From the NCBI RefSeq assembly GCF_001194135.2, contig NC_068986.1, forward strand, positions 23,802,672-23,827,345: a DNA stretch of 24,674 bases. The letters are read 5' to 3'. The notes below the pieces were generated by a model. It saw nothing but the letters and a program-made list of their open reading frames with translations. It ran no database searches and was not told the origin of the DNA. Shown here piece after piece: positions 11,882 through 23,469 of the stretch. The DNA comes from Octopus bimaculoides. Its lineage: Eukaryota. The position numbers were made by a program, and so were the translations under genes. Each line of letters opens with the position of its first letter. Positions within the stretch are counted from its first letter, which is position 1.

Positions 11882-12158
11882 CTGAGTAAATGAGAATCTG
11901 TACAGAAAATCCTAGCAACTCTGATATTGAATTAGAGTAGATCGAAGAACAAACAAAAATGTTTCTGCAGGTATTTTCACTGCTGACTTTCCTACTACTA
12001 GCATTTATAACAATTTCGACATCTTTAATCCTTTCTGGATTTACCACAAACACAATTCTGATAGTTTCCGGTGTTATCATTATTTTAAAATCTATGCCCG
12101 CCAAATATTACATGGATTAGAAACACCAAACTAGCATCAGTGTGTTAAATTAATAGCG

Positions 12159-12449
12159 TTTTCCACTCTAGGCACGAAACCTCAAATTCTTGGGAAGCAG
12201 GACTAAGTCAATGACATCGACCAAAATAGCTTGCCCGCTGCCTTAATACTGATAGCATTGGTTTCAAATTTTGGTACAAGGCCAGCAATTTTAAGTGAGG
12301 GGTAAGTCAATTTCATCGACCCTAGCGTTTAACTCATACTTTTTAATCCAACCCGAAATGCGAAGTCGACCTCAGCGGAATTTGAACTCAGACAGACGAA
12401 ATGCCGCTGAGCATTTTGTCCTGCGTGATAACAAATCTACCATCTCGCC
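12159..12449 (-). mobile_element. tRNA-derived SINE with a duplicated 3' module
   Basis: gaagtcgacctcagcggaatttgaactcag (reverse-complement B-box region), with the head ending at 12449. The 3' module occurs twice (ggcacgaaacctcaaatt..taagtcaatgacatcgacc and ggtacaaggccagcaatt..taagtcaatttcatcgaccc). Confidence 0.8.
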
Positions 12450-12530
12450 ATCTTAATAGTAATACTAATACTAATAATTATGATAATAATAGTACGTACA
12501 TACAAACATACTGGTACATGTTTATATTTC

Positions 12531-12531
12531 A

Positions 12532-12567
<36 letters not shown>

Positions 12568-12685
12568 TGTATGTATGTGTATGTGTGTATGTATGTATGT
12601 ATGTATGTGTGTATGTATGTATGTATGTATGTGTATGTATGTATGTGCGTGCGTGTATATGTGTATATGTGAGTCTGTATGTATG
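12531..12685. repeat. (TATG)n microsatellite
   Basis: Directly visible. Confidence 0.97.
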
Positions 12686-13964
12686 TAAAGATTAATATGT
12701 AAAGTGCAGTTCTGTTAAAATATCAATATGAATAGCTACAGTGTTTCAGTGTTAGTATGTGTAATAGCTTCAAAAAAGTAACGACTAATACCCCCCCCCC
12801 ATACACCCCAACTGACACAACTATAGCATATGAATGCAACTCTTACAAACTTTCATTAGATTGACCTCAATCGATTTTCTGTTATATGTGTTTTAGTCTT
12901 GTCTGGAAAGAGTGATTAATCGATATGAAAGAGCCGCTAGTTATCATTCAGGTGTTTCATTGTTATATCAATCATATTCTTTGGGCATATCAGATAACAA
13001 TGCTGAGCATAGAAGAGTGGGTAGCAGTGCTTACTGGTTCTATGGATTCGAACTTGGTCAACTTTTGAGCAGTTTTATAACACAATACAGACGATGAGTA
13101 ATTGCCTTTGTTTTCCGCTTTCCACTATTGCCAGTCAAGATACTAGTCTGATTCTAAATCAAGTTTGAAAGCAATATAATTTCTAGTAAACCACTTAGGC
13201 ATTTCACGATATTACCAAGAAGAAACCGTATTTATGTTACCTAATTTATAGCGAGATAATCTATAGCAGATACAGTAAAATGTTTTAACCAAAAACATTT
13301 TCTCCACACAATAGAAACAACTGCATTAATAACACTTTCTGTTGAAGATAGCACTGGGATTGGCAGAAACAGCAGACCGACATGATTAAATGTTGTAGAA
13401 GTAATTAGCTTTGCCTTGTTAGATTCTAAATTCAATCGCTCTCGAATTCTGTGTAATGTTTTATTTCTTTCCGGTGAAAGGCATAAATATATGTCGTATG
13501 CTGGCATATATTCAAACTATTGAATCTCTCCCCAACAAAAATGGGACTGTATCTGTTAGTAGAATAACCAGTGAAGTGACTAAATATTACATTAGTAGTA
13601 TTACTGGTTATAAATGAAAAACCATAATTTCACTAAAGTAAGATCGTCTACCACTTCAAGTTTGATCACGTTCGTGTATCAAATGTTTTTGTTCTTTCAG
13701 AAAGAGGCAACAGGCATCGGTGAAAGGTACAAGTAAAACTGTGCTGACCATTGGCAATAAAGCAGTTTTTCAAAGTATTATTGCGTTCTAATATCACTTC
13801 ATTTTCGTTCCCATCATTTTCGAGGAAACACTTTATAAACTTAAAATCTCACATCTTATTACCTAATCACTTTCTCCTTATTAGTAAATAAAAGAATACA
13901 ACCTGGGACTAACGAACTATGTTCGTAAGTTGCATTCGGTTATAATTCACATACTGACATTTCA

Positions 13965-14040
13965 CACACACGCACACACGCTCCACGCATCCACGTACGC
14001 ACACACAGACACAGACACAGACACACACACACACATGTAC
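13965..14040. repeat. Degenerate (CA)n microsatellite
   Basis: Directly visible. Confidence 0.9.
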
Positions 14041-14557
14041 ACCTAATTAATGTTCTCATATGAAATTTCTAAAATCTCATTTTTCTCTCCGGAGTAAATT
14101 TAGAAACTTCGAGCTAAGTAATAACAAGTCATTAATTTCGAACTTCTCGGCAAGCAGCAACGGCAGCAACAGCAGCAGTGATTTACTACCTTTTAAAATT
14201 TACTGGCAGACTAACTAAAATGTAAGCGTTGATCTCTGCGTAAACGGGTATATTTACCGTGTTCTCTTAGTTTGATAGATTGCTCACAATGTTACGCCAA
14301 AATTAATAAGCAAATGAAACGAACATAAAGTTATCTGTTTTCCCTCTCCTGTATCTTGAACTGTTGCCATTCGACGCAAACAAATAACAAAGTGTCTGTG
14401 TTTTAAAAATGTTTCTCAATGATTCAAATGTTATTTGGTATAAAAAGTTGTTAGCTGAGGCATAATTTAACTGCCTTCCATCTTATTAGTGTCTTGCGAT
14501 GATTCACAAATATATTCGATATTCAGGAGTGGCTATGCCAATCAACTAATTTTACAG

Positions 14558-14838
14558 ATATATATATATATATATATANNNNNNNNNNNNNNNNNNNNNN
14601 NNNNNNNNNNNNNNNNNNNNNNNNNNNNNNNNNNNNNNNNNNNNNNNNNNNNNNNNNNNNNNNNNNNNNNNNNNNNNNNNNNNNNNNNNNNNNNNNNNNN
14701 NNNNNNNNNNNNNNNNNNNNNNNNNNNNNNNNNNNNNNNNNNNNNNNNNNNNNNNNNNNNNNNNNNNNNNNNNNNNNNNNNNNNNNNNNNNNNNNNNNNN
14801 NNNNNNNNNNNNNNNNNNNNNNNNNNNNNNNNNNNNNN
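14558..14838. other. (TA)n run followed by assembly gap (N at 14579-14838)
   Basis: Directly visible. Confidence 0.98.
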
Positions 14839-14952
14839 AGAGTTCCAGCACTGTCTGTTTTTTATGTTTTATTTATATTCCCAGGCAGTGGTCTGCTTGA
14901 CCACTGCCTGGGAATATAAATAAAACATAAAAACAGACAGTGTTGGAACTCT
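14839..14952. repeat. Near-perfect inverted repeat (55/54-nt arms, 5-nt loop TGCTT)
   Basis: Left arm 14839-14893 equals the reverse complement of right arm 14899-14952, except for one G/T mismatch and one extra T in a homopolymer. Confidence 0.97.
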
Positions 14953-15019
14953 TTTAAACAAAATAATATATTCCTCTATACACAATCATACAACCCCCCT
15001 TTTTTGTATTTATTTTTAC

Positions 15020-15292
15020 TCGCATATATATATATGTGTGTGTGCATGTGTGTGTATATATACACACACACACACACATATATATATACATATATACACA
15101 AAGAAACGCACCCATGTCTAAACATACATGCACATACATGTATGTGTATGTGTGAGCTTCCGTGTTTAAGTAGGTATACAATAAATGTACACGTGTATAT
15201 GTATGTGCACTATAGACACACACCACGCACATATATCTCTCTAACACACATACCCGTCGCACACGCACGCACACACACACACACACACATAT
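15020..15292. repeat. Compound (TA)/(CA)/(TG) microsatellite region
   Basis: Directly visible. Confidence 0.9.
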
Positions 15293-16794
15293 CTAATCAA
15301 GATTGATTGTAGTTTTACGCATAAATTACTCCAATCTATTCAGTCGAGATTATTCATCGACTTCACATCAACAAATCAACAAATGCTACATTAAGAAAAA
15401 TATAACAGGTTCTTTTTTGGAACGTATAGTTCTGTACATCAGAGGTAATTAATTAAACTCATTCCACGTTATAACTAGGATCCATTATCGAAAATGTAAT
15501 CATTTCCTCCACCCCAAATCTGCATACCTTCAAATACTGAAGCCGATTTGCTGTGAATAACATAGCTCGCTCTTTTCGGCATTGCTCTAGATATGTAATC
15601 TAGTTGATAATAATAAAAACAAGTTTCGATCAGCTGATATTAAGCAAGCAATTACTACACAAGAGAACTTTATGGAGATGTTTCGTATTATCTGAAAACG
15701 ACAAGCAGTAAAAATAACTTCAATTAGTTTAAATGAACAGTTTTTATTGAAATGCTGGCATTTAGTCAAACTATAAAATCACTCCTTAAAAAAAGATGGG
15801 TTTATTTTAGCAAAATAACCACTGAAATCTCTTGATATGTATGATTTTATTTGATGTTAACTTCTTGGGGGTGATGAAATAGAAAATACGTCTGGTTTTA
15901 ACTCACATGTGACCATAAATAATGTTTCTGAAATATATGAATATCATACAATTCTAGTTTGAATAGATCCGTAACTCGCACAATTTCTTCCTTGATAAAA
16001 TATCTGCAAGTAATCGTTGATGTGTACATGTAAAATATCAGGGAATTTTGTTAATACTATAGTTTTAAGGATTATTCGAAATTAATATTGCTACTGAGAA
16101 AGGTATTAATAGGTCACGATGTTATGTTCTATCGCTTATGAATGTTTATTTGTTTACGCTATAAACAAAATGAGTATGTCTCATCTTTAAAGCCAACTGG
16201 TGAATGCATCCCTAACTAATATATTCTGCTCAACTGGTATGATTAAGAGTGATCATGTTTGAGCTTTCATATATCTCAGGACACTATGGATCAAAATTGG
16301 AATTATTTCTTTGAAGCCATGGGCTAGGCAAAGCGTTTGTGGGAGACCAGTAGGTTCTCATTCATGCTAGTTTCCTCGCATCGTGGCATCGTTATTCTTC
16401 AAGCAGAACGCAATGACGAATACATTTTGTTATTAGTGTTGTGCAAGAACGTTAAAATAACTCTAGATTGATAGATGTTTTTTACCTAATCGGAAAATTT
16501 CTAAAAATCACGATCGTCTTGCTAGAAAGATGGGTATTAGTTTTGAGTTGTGAACTAAAATTTTCTTCACCGCTAGAGTAAATATATTTTATGCGTATAT
16601 ATAATTTCAATGAAACCTTGACTTGGGTAGAAAATCATGTTTTTTGAAAACCAGAATGGCTTTTCCTCTCAATTGTAATATCTGTAGGATATAGTGTAGA
16701 AAACAATATACTTTCCGTTGTGTCGAAGCCCCCAGGCGACGAAGTAGGATCTGCCAAGAGAAATAAATAGAGGTAGTCTGGCCGTGGTATGAGT

Positions 16795-16860
16795 GTTGAG
16801 TAGCAGTCGAGTAGCTGTTGAGTAGCAGTCGAATAGCAGTTGTGTAGCGGTTGAGTAGAG
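16795..16860. repeat. 11-bp minisatellite, 6 units, consensus GT(T/C)GAGTAGCA
   Basis: gttgagtagca gtcgagtagct gttgagtagca gtcgaatagca gttgtgtagcg gttgagtagag. Confidence 0.92.
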
Positions 16861-17644
16861 ATCATCCGGAGGTGCTAGATAGCAGTAGCTTGAGACATAA
16901 CACTTTCTTTCACTGAAGATCCTAAAAAAAAGAAAAACTGCCGCCGTGTTTGATCTGTTTACAAACGAATCTAAGCCAAATGCTTGGAAAGCCACTCCTA
17001 AACATTCGTGTGTAGCACTAGCATGGGGAACAATTACGTTAACATTTACATTTCACACTCTGAAAAGACCCTTTTAAATACTAGTACCCTACTCTACTAC
17101 CAATGTCATCATCACGTACATCAAGAACGAAATTATCATTTTATTGTTTCACACCGACTAGGCTACCAATCCTGGCATTTTCTCTTCCATTGCAGTCATG
17201 GCTTATACTACAGCGGTAGCTTCTGTTCTTATCAATACCTTCAATTCTTTTCCTCTGTTCTAGATCTTTGTCTTTCTTTACAAACAAGCTACAGTATTTC
17301 ATCTCCAGTTCCGGAAACATTTCGTCTTTTCTAATTATTGACCACTTACTTTGACTTCAAACATATCAAAGGTCAAAGGAAATGGTGTCAATTTTCTGCG
17401 ACACAGTAAGTCCTTCCTTTATTTTCTAGTGACCATTAATACACATTTGGTAGATCATTGTGTACTGAAGATCCGATGTATAAGTATTCACAAAGATTGC
17501 AGCTAATAAAATGAAACCTCTCAAGGAACTAGATTAGTTCCATTGATGTTTCTTCAGAATAAATGTGCTTTTATTACAATGCTATAAATAAATATTTATT
17601 TTCAAAATATTATCGTCTACGAAGCTCTTTTATGAAATCGGCGA

Positions 17645-17800
17645 TTAAACGTTGTCATAAGTTACCTCTCTGGCCCCAGCCGACAAAATGGAAAACGCGT
17701 TGCCCTGGATGATGGCCTGGGAGACCCGCTGAAACGCCCACTCTCACTCATGGGGACTCACACTTCCAGACAACAATCTCCTCTCCGACAGCGGTCAGAG
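17645..17800 (-). mobile_element. 3' end of a CRE-type (RLE endonuclease) non-LTR retrotransposon ORF, decayed
   Basis: Minus-strand translation SPHE*EWAFQRVSQAIIQGNAFSILSAGAREVTYDNV* resembles the CRE-clade C-terminal motif ..PRE...LFQR(I/L)S(L/I)A(I/V).RGNA.SIL. The upstream piece LTAVGEEIV is in another frame. Confidence 0.65.
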
Positions 17801-18209
17801 GAATATGATCCGATGTTGTATGTCACTCAAAAGACGTCGTTATCTTGAAAAAATTGACAAAATTTTGTTAGAATTTTTAGCGTTCATTTAGCCATCATTT
17901 CTTGGACTTAAAGCTTCATATGATATCACAATGATAGTTTTCCATCTCATGTACACGCCATCAAATCTGTTTCTCGACAAGATTCCCTATTACCCGTTCC
18001 TCCTCACCACTTCTCTATTAATCAACGATATACTTGTTACCTCCAACATTGATTTTTCGTGTCGATCCCGCATAAATAACATAGCTTCCAAATTCTAGAA
18101 TTTCCCTTGAGGCTCCACACAGCCATTATTGCCGAAATCCGAAAGAAGGCCATCCATCTTATTGTTAAAATCGCAGTCATTAACACCTAGCAACTTCTGG
18201 ACATCGGTT

Positions 18210-18695
18210 GTCTTTCTTTCTTTCTTTCTTTCTTTCACCTTTCTTTCTTTCTTTCTTTCTTTCTTGCCTTCCTTCTTCCTTTCTTATTTCTTTACTGCCC
18301 ACAAGGGGCTACACACAGAGGGGACAAACAAGGACAGACAAACGGATTAAGTCGATTATATCGACCCCAGTGCGTAACTGGTACTTATTTAATCAACCCC
18401 AAAAGGATGAAAAGCAAAGTCGACCTCGGCGGAATTTGAACTCAGAACGTGACGGCAGACGAAATACCGCTAAGCATTTCGCCTGGCGTGCTAACGTTTC
18501 TGCTAGCTTGCCGCCTCTTTCTTTCTTTCTTTCTTTCTTTCCGTCTTTTCTTCCTTCCTTCCGCCTTTCCTTCCTTTCTTCTTTCCTTCCTTCTTTTGTT
18601 CCTCCTTTCTTTCTTTCTTTCTTTCCGTCTTTCCTTCCTTTCTTCCTTCTTCGTTCCATCTTTCTTTCCTTCTTTCTTACGTTTCTTTCTTTCGC
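18210..18695. repeat. (CTTT)n/(CCTT)n tracts on both sides of the SINE (18210-18290, 18516-18695)
   Basis: Directly visible. Confidence 0.95.
18281..18515 (-). mobile_element. tRNA-derived SINE, best-preserved copy in the window
   Basis: Reverse complement reads ggcggcaagctagcagaaacgttagcacgcc (A-box) ... gagttcaaattccgccgaggtcgac (B-box) ... aaataagtaccagttacgcactggggtcgatataatcgacttaatcc ... gggcagtaaagaaataagaa tail. Confidence 0.92.
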
Positions 18696-19739
18696 TTCTA
18701 TTGCAAAAGCCTGTGTTCGTCTGAAGAAAATAGTTACTTAAACTTCAATCTATGATACCCAACAAAATCATGTTTCCACTTCGCACCATTCCTACTATTT
18801 ACCATTCTCCAGAAACTGCAATTCTTCCCCGGAACGTCGTCTTTTAAGTACCTCTCAATGCAACTCATTTGTTCAAACCTCAGTTTACAGGTGTTTAATT
18901 CAAACCGTATAGATCTCATCAGCGTCGGATAACCTCTAACGGCAGCAAACACAAACCCTCTCCTCTAGACTAAAGCACAAAAAGACAAGCAAATGGCAAA
19001 CACGTTTTCATACATAAATAATTGATACTTTAATGTCTTGCGTAAACGATTCTAGTTAAACTTCCATTATTCGTATTTTTACTGCAGATACATGCTTTTA
19101 TGCAGATATTTATTAATGTGTATGCATATGAGTTGAAACTTTATATCATTTTAACAAATCAAGTTTGTTTCTCTTCTTTCCATCTTATTTCATGTGAAAA
19201 ATTTTAATCTTAACTAGCAATGGAAGTTAATCAAAATCTTGTCCAAGAGAATAAAAAGCGAAACAAACAAACAAACAAAAAAATCATGCGCAGTGAGCTT
19301 TTGAACAAGTTAGCTTTTATCTAACACTTCAACGATTTCTAATAATTATTCCGAAACTTAATGATCAGGACATTGACTATACCTAACCAAATAATGCTAT
19401 AGTTAATGATTCCTCGCCGCATCTTCGTACAAACCTCAGTGAAGTTCTTATTAATTAAGAGATGTTATCAAGGATATCATTTCCTTTTTTGTTTTGTTTT
19501 TTTTTAAACAAAGAACAGATGAAGAAAAAAAAAACAACATAAATATTTAATTAATGTGATTTCGTTGAATATAGTTAATTTCGAATTCTTTGGAAAGTAT
19601 TCTATTACCCCCTCCCATTCATTGATGTCGTCAGCTTGATTAAGTCAATGTTACGGCTATCATTAGAGAAATTCATTTATTCAAATGATGGTTTCCGACG
19701 ACCATTAATTAAATGGTCAGTAAAATTGACGACAGGTTC

Positions 19740-20680
19740 ATGAATAAATCACACACCTACACTAAATATACATAAACACTAACACCCGCACGTCCACAAG
19801 TACGCCCATTCACATACACATGCACACACACTCTGACACACACTAAACTCTAACCATATAAACACAGAGAGACAGCTGCACAAATACACCAACCTCCTCT
19901 CTGTTCTCTGTCTCTCTCTACCTCTCTGTGTCATTCCCTTTGTCTCTCACTTTATATATATGCATGTGTGCGTGTTTGTGTGAGCGTAGGTTAATATATA
20001 TGTATGTGTGCGTGTATGTATGTATGAGTTATTGTATTCACCGTAAACATAGATAGACATTGACGCACATCCACGAGACATATCTATACACACACGATTA
20101 CAAAACATACACAATAAATTGATACAGACGTCTAGAAAATCAGCTATATTTAAGCGCTTACACTCTTAAAACACATAAACGCAAAGACACAGCTCCGCGG
20201 ATAGAGTGTTACTCACACATTCTAAAAATACGTAAACAGACACATGTCCACAAATACATATGCGCATATATAAACACAGCACTCACACCCCCGGCACATA
20301 CACACAAATACGTAAATATAAATATATATATGTCTGCGTGTGTGTGTGTGCATGTATNNNNNNNNNNNNNNNNNNNNNNNNNNNNNNNNNNNNNNNNNNN
20401 NNNNNNNNNNNNNNNNNNNNNNNNNNNNNNNNNNNNNNNNNNNNNNNNNNNNNNNNNNNNNNNNNNNNNNNNNNNNNNNNNNNNNNNNNNNNNNNNNNNN
20501 NNNNNNNNNNNNNNNNNNNNNNNNNNNNNNNNNNNNNNNNNNNNNNNNNNNNNNNNNNNNNNNNNNNNNNNNNNNNNNNNNNNNNNNNNNNNNNNNNNNN
20601 NNNNNNNNNNNNNNNNNNNNNNNNNNNNNNNNNNNNNNNNNNNNNNNNNNNNNNNNNNNNNNNNNNNNNNNNNNNNNNNN
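19740..20680. other. Degenerate CA/CT/GT low-complexity region ending in an assembly gap (N at 20358-20680)
   Basis: Directly visible. Confidence 0.9.
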
Positions 20681-20906
20681 NATATATGTACGCTCACACA
20701 TACTGAAAAGATATACAATGTGATGTCTTCAAATACATGTATTTTTATACTCACACAATACGTATGCATATAAAAAAACATCCACTCCACAAAACACGTT
20801 TCTACATACACACAGAACATGAAATTCGTTATAGAACTAGGAAATATTATTACATCACACAGTTACCTCAGCACACTTCATTTATCTCTTGTACTTCTTA
20901 GTAGTC

Positions 20907-21260
20907 GGTCGACCTGCTAAAAATACCACGAATATTTATCTCAAATAACACATTACTATGTTGTACTCGATAAAGTATTTATAAAATAATCGGTATGAAT
21001 GGGTGATCATGGCTGGAACGGTTTAGATAGAAAATTTGCTAGGTCAGGCTTGCTCTGATATACCACAGTCAACATAAGTCGTCAAGCTAAAATGCTTGTC
21101 TCTACCCAGTCGTGCCTTCAACTAGAAATAGCAATGAAATTTCTTCAAATCAAAGCCTAACTGTTTCCAAATGGAAGGAATCACTGACCAGTATATGGTA
21201 GATATGCAGAAAGAATTCATCAGAGGAGGGGTGGTTACACTCATGACATTTAAGCTATGC
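20907..21260 (+). repeat. Two head-to-tail decayed copies of an unnamed dispersed repeat
   Basis: gtcgacctgctaaaaataccacg..ctcaaataacac..gatcatggctggaacgg (20907-21060) and actagaaatagcaatgaaatttcttcaaatcaaagcctaactgtt (21115 onward). Confidence 0.55.
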
Positions 21261-21609
21261 TGTCATGACTGACGCGTGATTCAATGAAGAAATCACGAGA
21301 TTTTACTTTCTCATGAGAAATGCCTTTCATCATCAGTGAACTCGAACCGAGCTCATTTCGGGCTAAACAAGTACAAAACGACAGAAACAGCATTTCGTTC
21401 TGTGAATTTTATTGAGAATTTTGTTGCTTTTGCTGTTGATGATGTTTAATTTCTGATAAAGTGAGAATCCCTAAAAATAGCTTCTGTATTTTTAAAGGAG
21501 TCATCTTTCTTATAAGTATCCACTCAAGATCTTTGATCTGAGAATAACTTGCTGTATAATATACATCTCCATTCTCCATTTCCTATATCAATCACGGATA
21601 CTCTTTTAG

Positions 21610-21710
21610 AAAGACGGTGATATCAAATGTGTCTTCACATTTTAAACAAAATAGATAATGATTTGAGAGGGACTTATCTGCTATTTCCGAAGGTTAGAGC
21701 AATCTTGTTG
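21610..21710 (-). repeat. Decayed copy of the same dispersed repeat
   Basis: Reverse complement ggaaatagcagataagtccctctcaaatca. Confidence 0.5.
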
Positions 21711-21771
21711 AAGCTTTTCCATTAGTGAAACAACCAATGGTAATGATATGCATGTCATTTCCACCATTAAA

Positions 21772-21818
21772 ACAATCAATCAATCAATCAATCGATCGAT
21801 CAATCAATCAAACAATCA
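21772..21818. repeat. (CAAT)n microsatellite with (CGAT) variants
   Basis: Directly visible. Confidence 0.93.
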
Positions 21819-21904
21819 ATCGCAGCTCTCATTACTATAATATCCAATGTTAATCGACATCTGGTAAGACTGAGGAACGTAGCATTCCATATGCTGAATC
21901 CCAC

Positions 21905-21933
21905 CAAACAAACAAACAAACAAACAAACAAAC
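21905..21933. repeat. (AAAC)n microsatellite
   Basis: Directly visible. Confidence 0.95.
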
Positions 21934-22139
21934 AAGAACGCCAGAACTATATGTAATCTTCTCTACCATTGGCAAATCCAAACTGTACACCATTAGTCAT
22001 TTCACCTCCTCACGTTATACAATTTCCTGTTTGCAGCTGCGAAAGCCAAACTTGTTATACAACATTTACAACCATTATCGTAAATCTCTCCGTAACCGCT
22101 ACTGAAATTATTAAGAGCTAACGTAGGAACCTCTGCACG

Positions 22140-22340
22140 ATGACACAATCTGCTAAAAATATCGGCCAACCCCAATCAAAACACGACCTACTGTCTTAAG
22201 AAACGATACACTCGGTTACCTAACCTTACCTACGCTATGCCTAATGAAGGGAAATACTCGGCGAGATGGTCAGCGGTACGATATATTTGACCATGGTCTC
22301 CCCAGTCAGGTCTGAGGTCACAAGAACAATAACAATACGA
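22140..22340 (+). repeat. Decayed copy of the dispersed repeat, running into an AAC-type tail
   Basis: ctgctaaaaatatcggccaacccc..aaaacacgacctactgtcttaag..gagatggtcagcgg..caagaacaataacaata. Confidence 0.55.
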
Positions 22341-22446
22341 ACAGCAGTAGTAACAAAAACTACTACTACTGCTGCTGCTGCCACTGCTGCTGCCACTGCT
22401 GCTGCTGCAACTGGTACTATTATTAATACTACTATTGCTGTTAATG

Positions 22447-22494
<48 letters not shown>

Positions 22495-22560
22495 TGCTGC
22501 TGCTTCCGGTACTACTGTTAATACTACTACTGCTGCTACTACTACTAATATCACTACTTG
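22323..22560. repeat. Compound trinucleotide microsatellite (AAC/TAC/TGC)
   Basis: Directly visible; it explains ORFs 22241..22570 and 22266..22625. Confidence 0.95.
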
Positions 22561-23469
22561 ATTCCATCATTAGAACAGCGGACGGAATACGTTGCGGTGT
22601 TCAGTTGGAGCTTTTTACCTCCTGATTTGGAAACCCTGTCAGTTTTTGCGATTCACCCATCATAATTCGATAAAATAAAGTAGATGAACTATTCTTCGTG
22701 TTGTAATTTGATTGATTTCTTCATACTTTTTCCCCGCATTCTCTTCTGTTCCCATAAAGTGTGTTACTCCCAGTGTAAGGGTCGTTATTCAATCAATACA
22801 TTCCAATAAGATTTCTTTGGTTGGTCTTTATCCTTGAAGAAGCCAGGAACACTATTAAATCTAAGATTGCATCTAATAAGATCCCACCAACCTTGAAATG
22901 GGTGTCTCTCACGAGGCTCCTCCATCATGATAAAGTTCGCTTAGCTTTCTGTTTGTCATTCAAAACGGAAGAACGCCAAATAGGCCATTTTCAATGTATT
23001 TCCCTCAGAATGAATCGATTTCAGCATAAAATTCAGTCAGCTCATAAGCTCTGCGATCTTGCTGTGCAATTCTTACTGAGACAGGTTGAAGACCATGGAT
23101 ACTTGGTGAATGATGTCCTGTTTCCTTCATGCCTAACCTAAGAATTTTAATGATGGCCTTAACGAGACTACTAGGAAACTGAAGAAGCATTTTGAGAAAT
23201 TGGCACTAGAACCAATAAAATGTCTTTTTGTATTTAGAAAATAATTTCATGTTTTCAGTTCAAATTTATATGGAAACATATTTGTCATTCATCAGATCTC
23301 GTTCGATTAAATGAATATTTTAAAATATAGAAATTCATAGTTGTTTATTGTATCATTCATATCACCAACAAATCACGGTGCTTGCTTTATCAAATATGTC
23401 ACCATTTCGTATACATTCCTTATTGTTTGGCTATGGATCAACGTTGATAAATTAAGCATAAGGTGAAGG

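Noticed and set aside
13701-13726. Possible 26-nt plus-strand micro-exon (ttctttcag|AAAGAG..GAAAG|gtacaa)
   Set aside because: The donor is weak, no partner exons were found, and such sites occur by chance
16795-16860. Regular short repeats considered as a CRISPR-like array
   Set aside because: The units are contiguous with no spacers, the context is eukaryotic and no cas genes are present
17850-18952. Coding-like sequence on both sides of the SINE, possibly a decayed RTE-type LINE (EFGSYVIYAGS, FWRMV)
   Set aside because: The motif resemblance is too weak to call without a search
12401-22625. Long ORFs rich in YVCM, CVCV, FLSF, TTTT or X in the ORF track
   Set aside because: They are translations of microsatellites or N gaps
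22821-23141. 106-aa ORF with LLHHD...DLA, resembling a Tc1/mariner catalytic region
   Set aside because: The HDNA.PH and PYSPDLAP motifs are not actually present, and no supporting motifs appear in other frames
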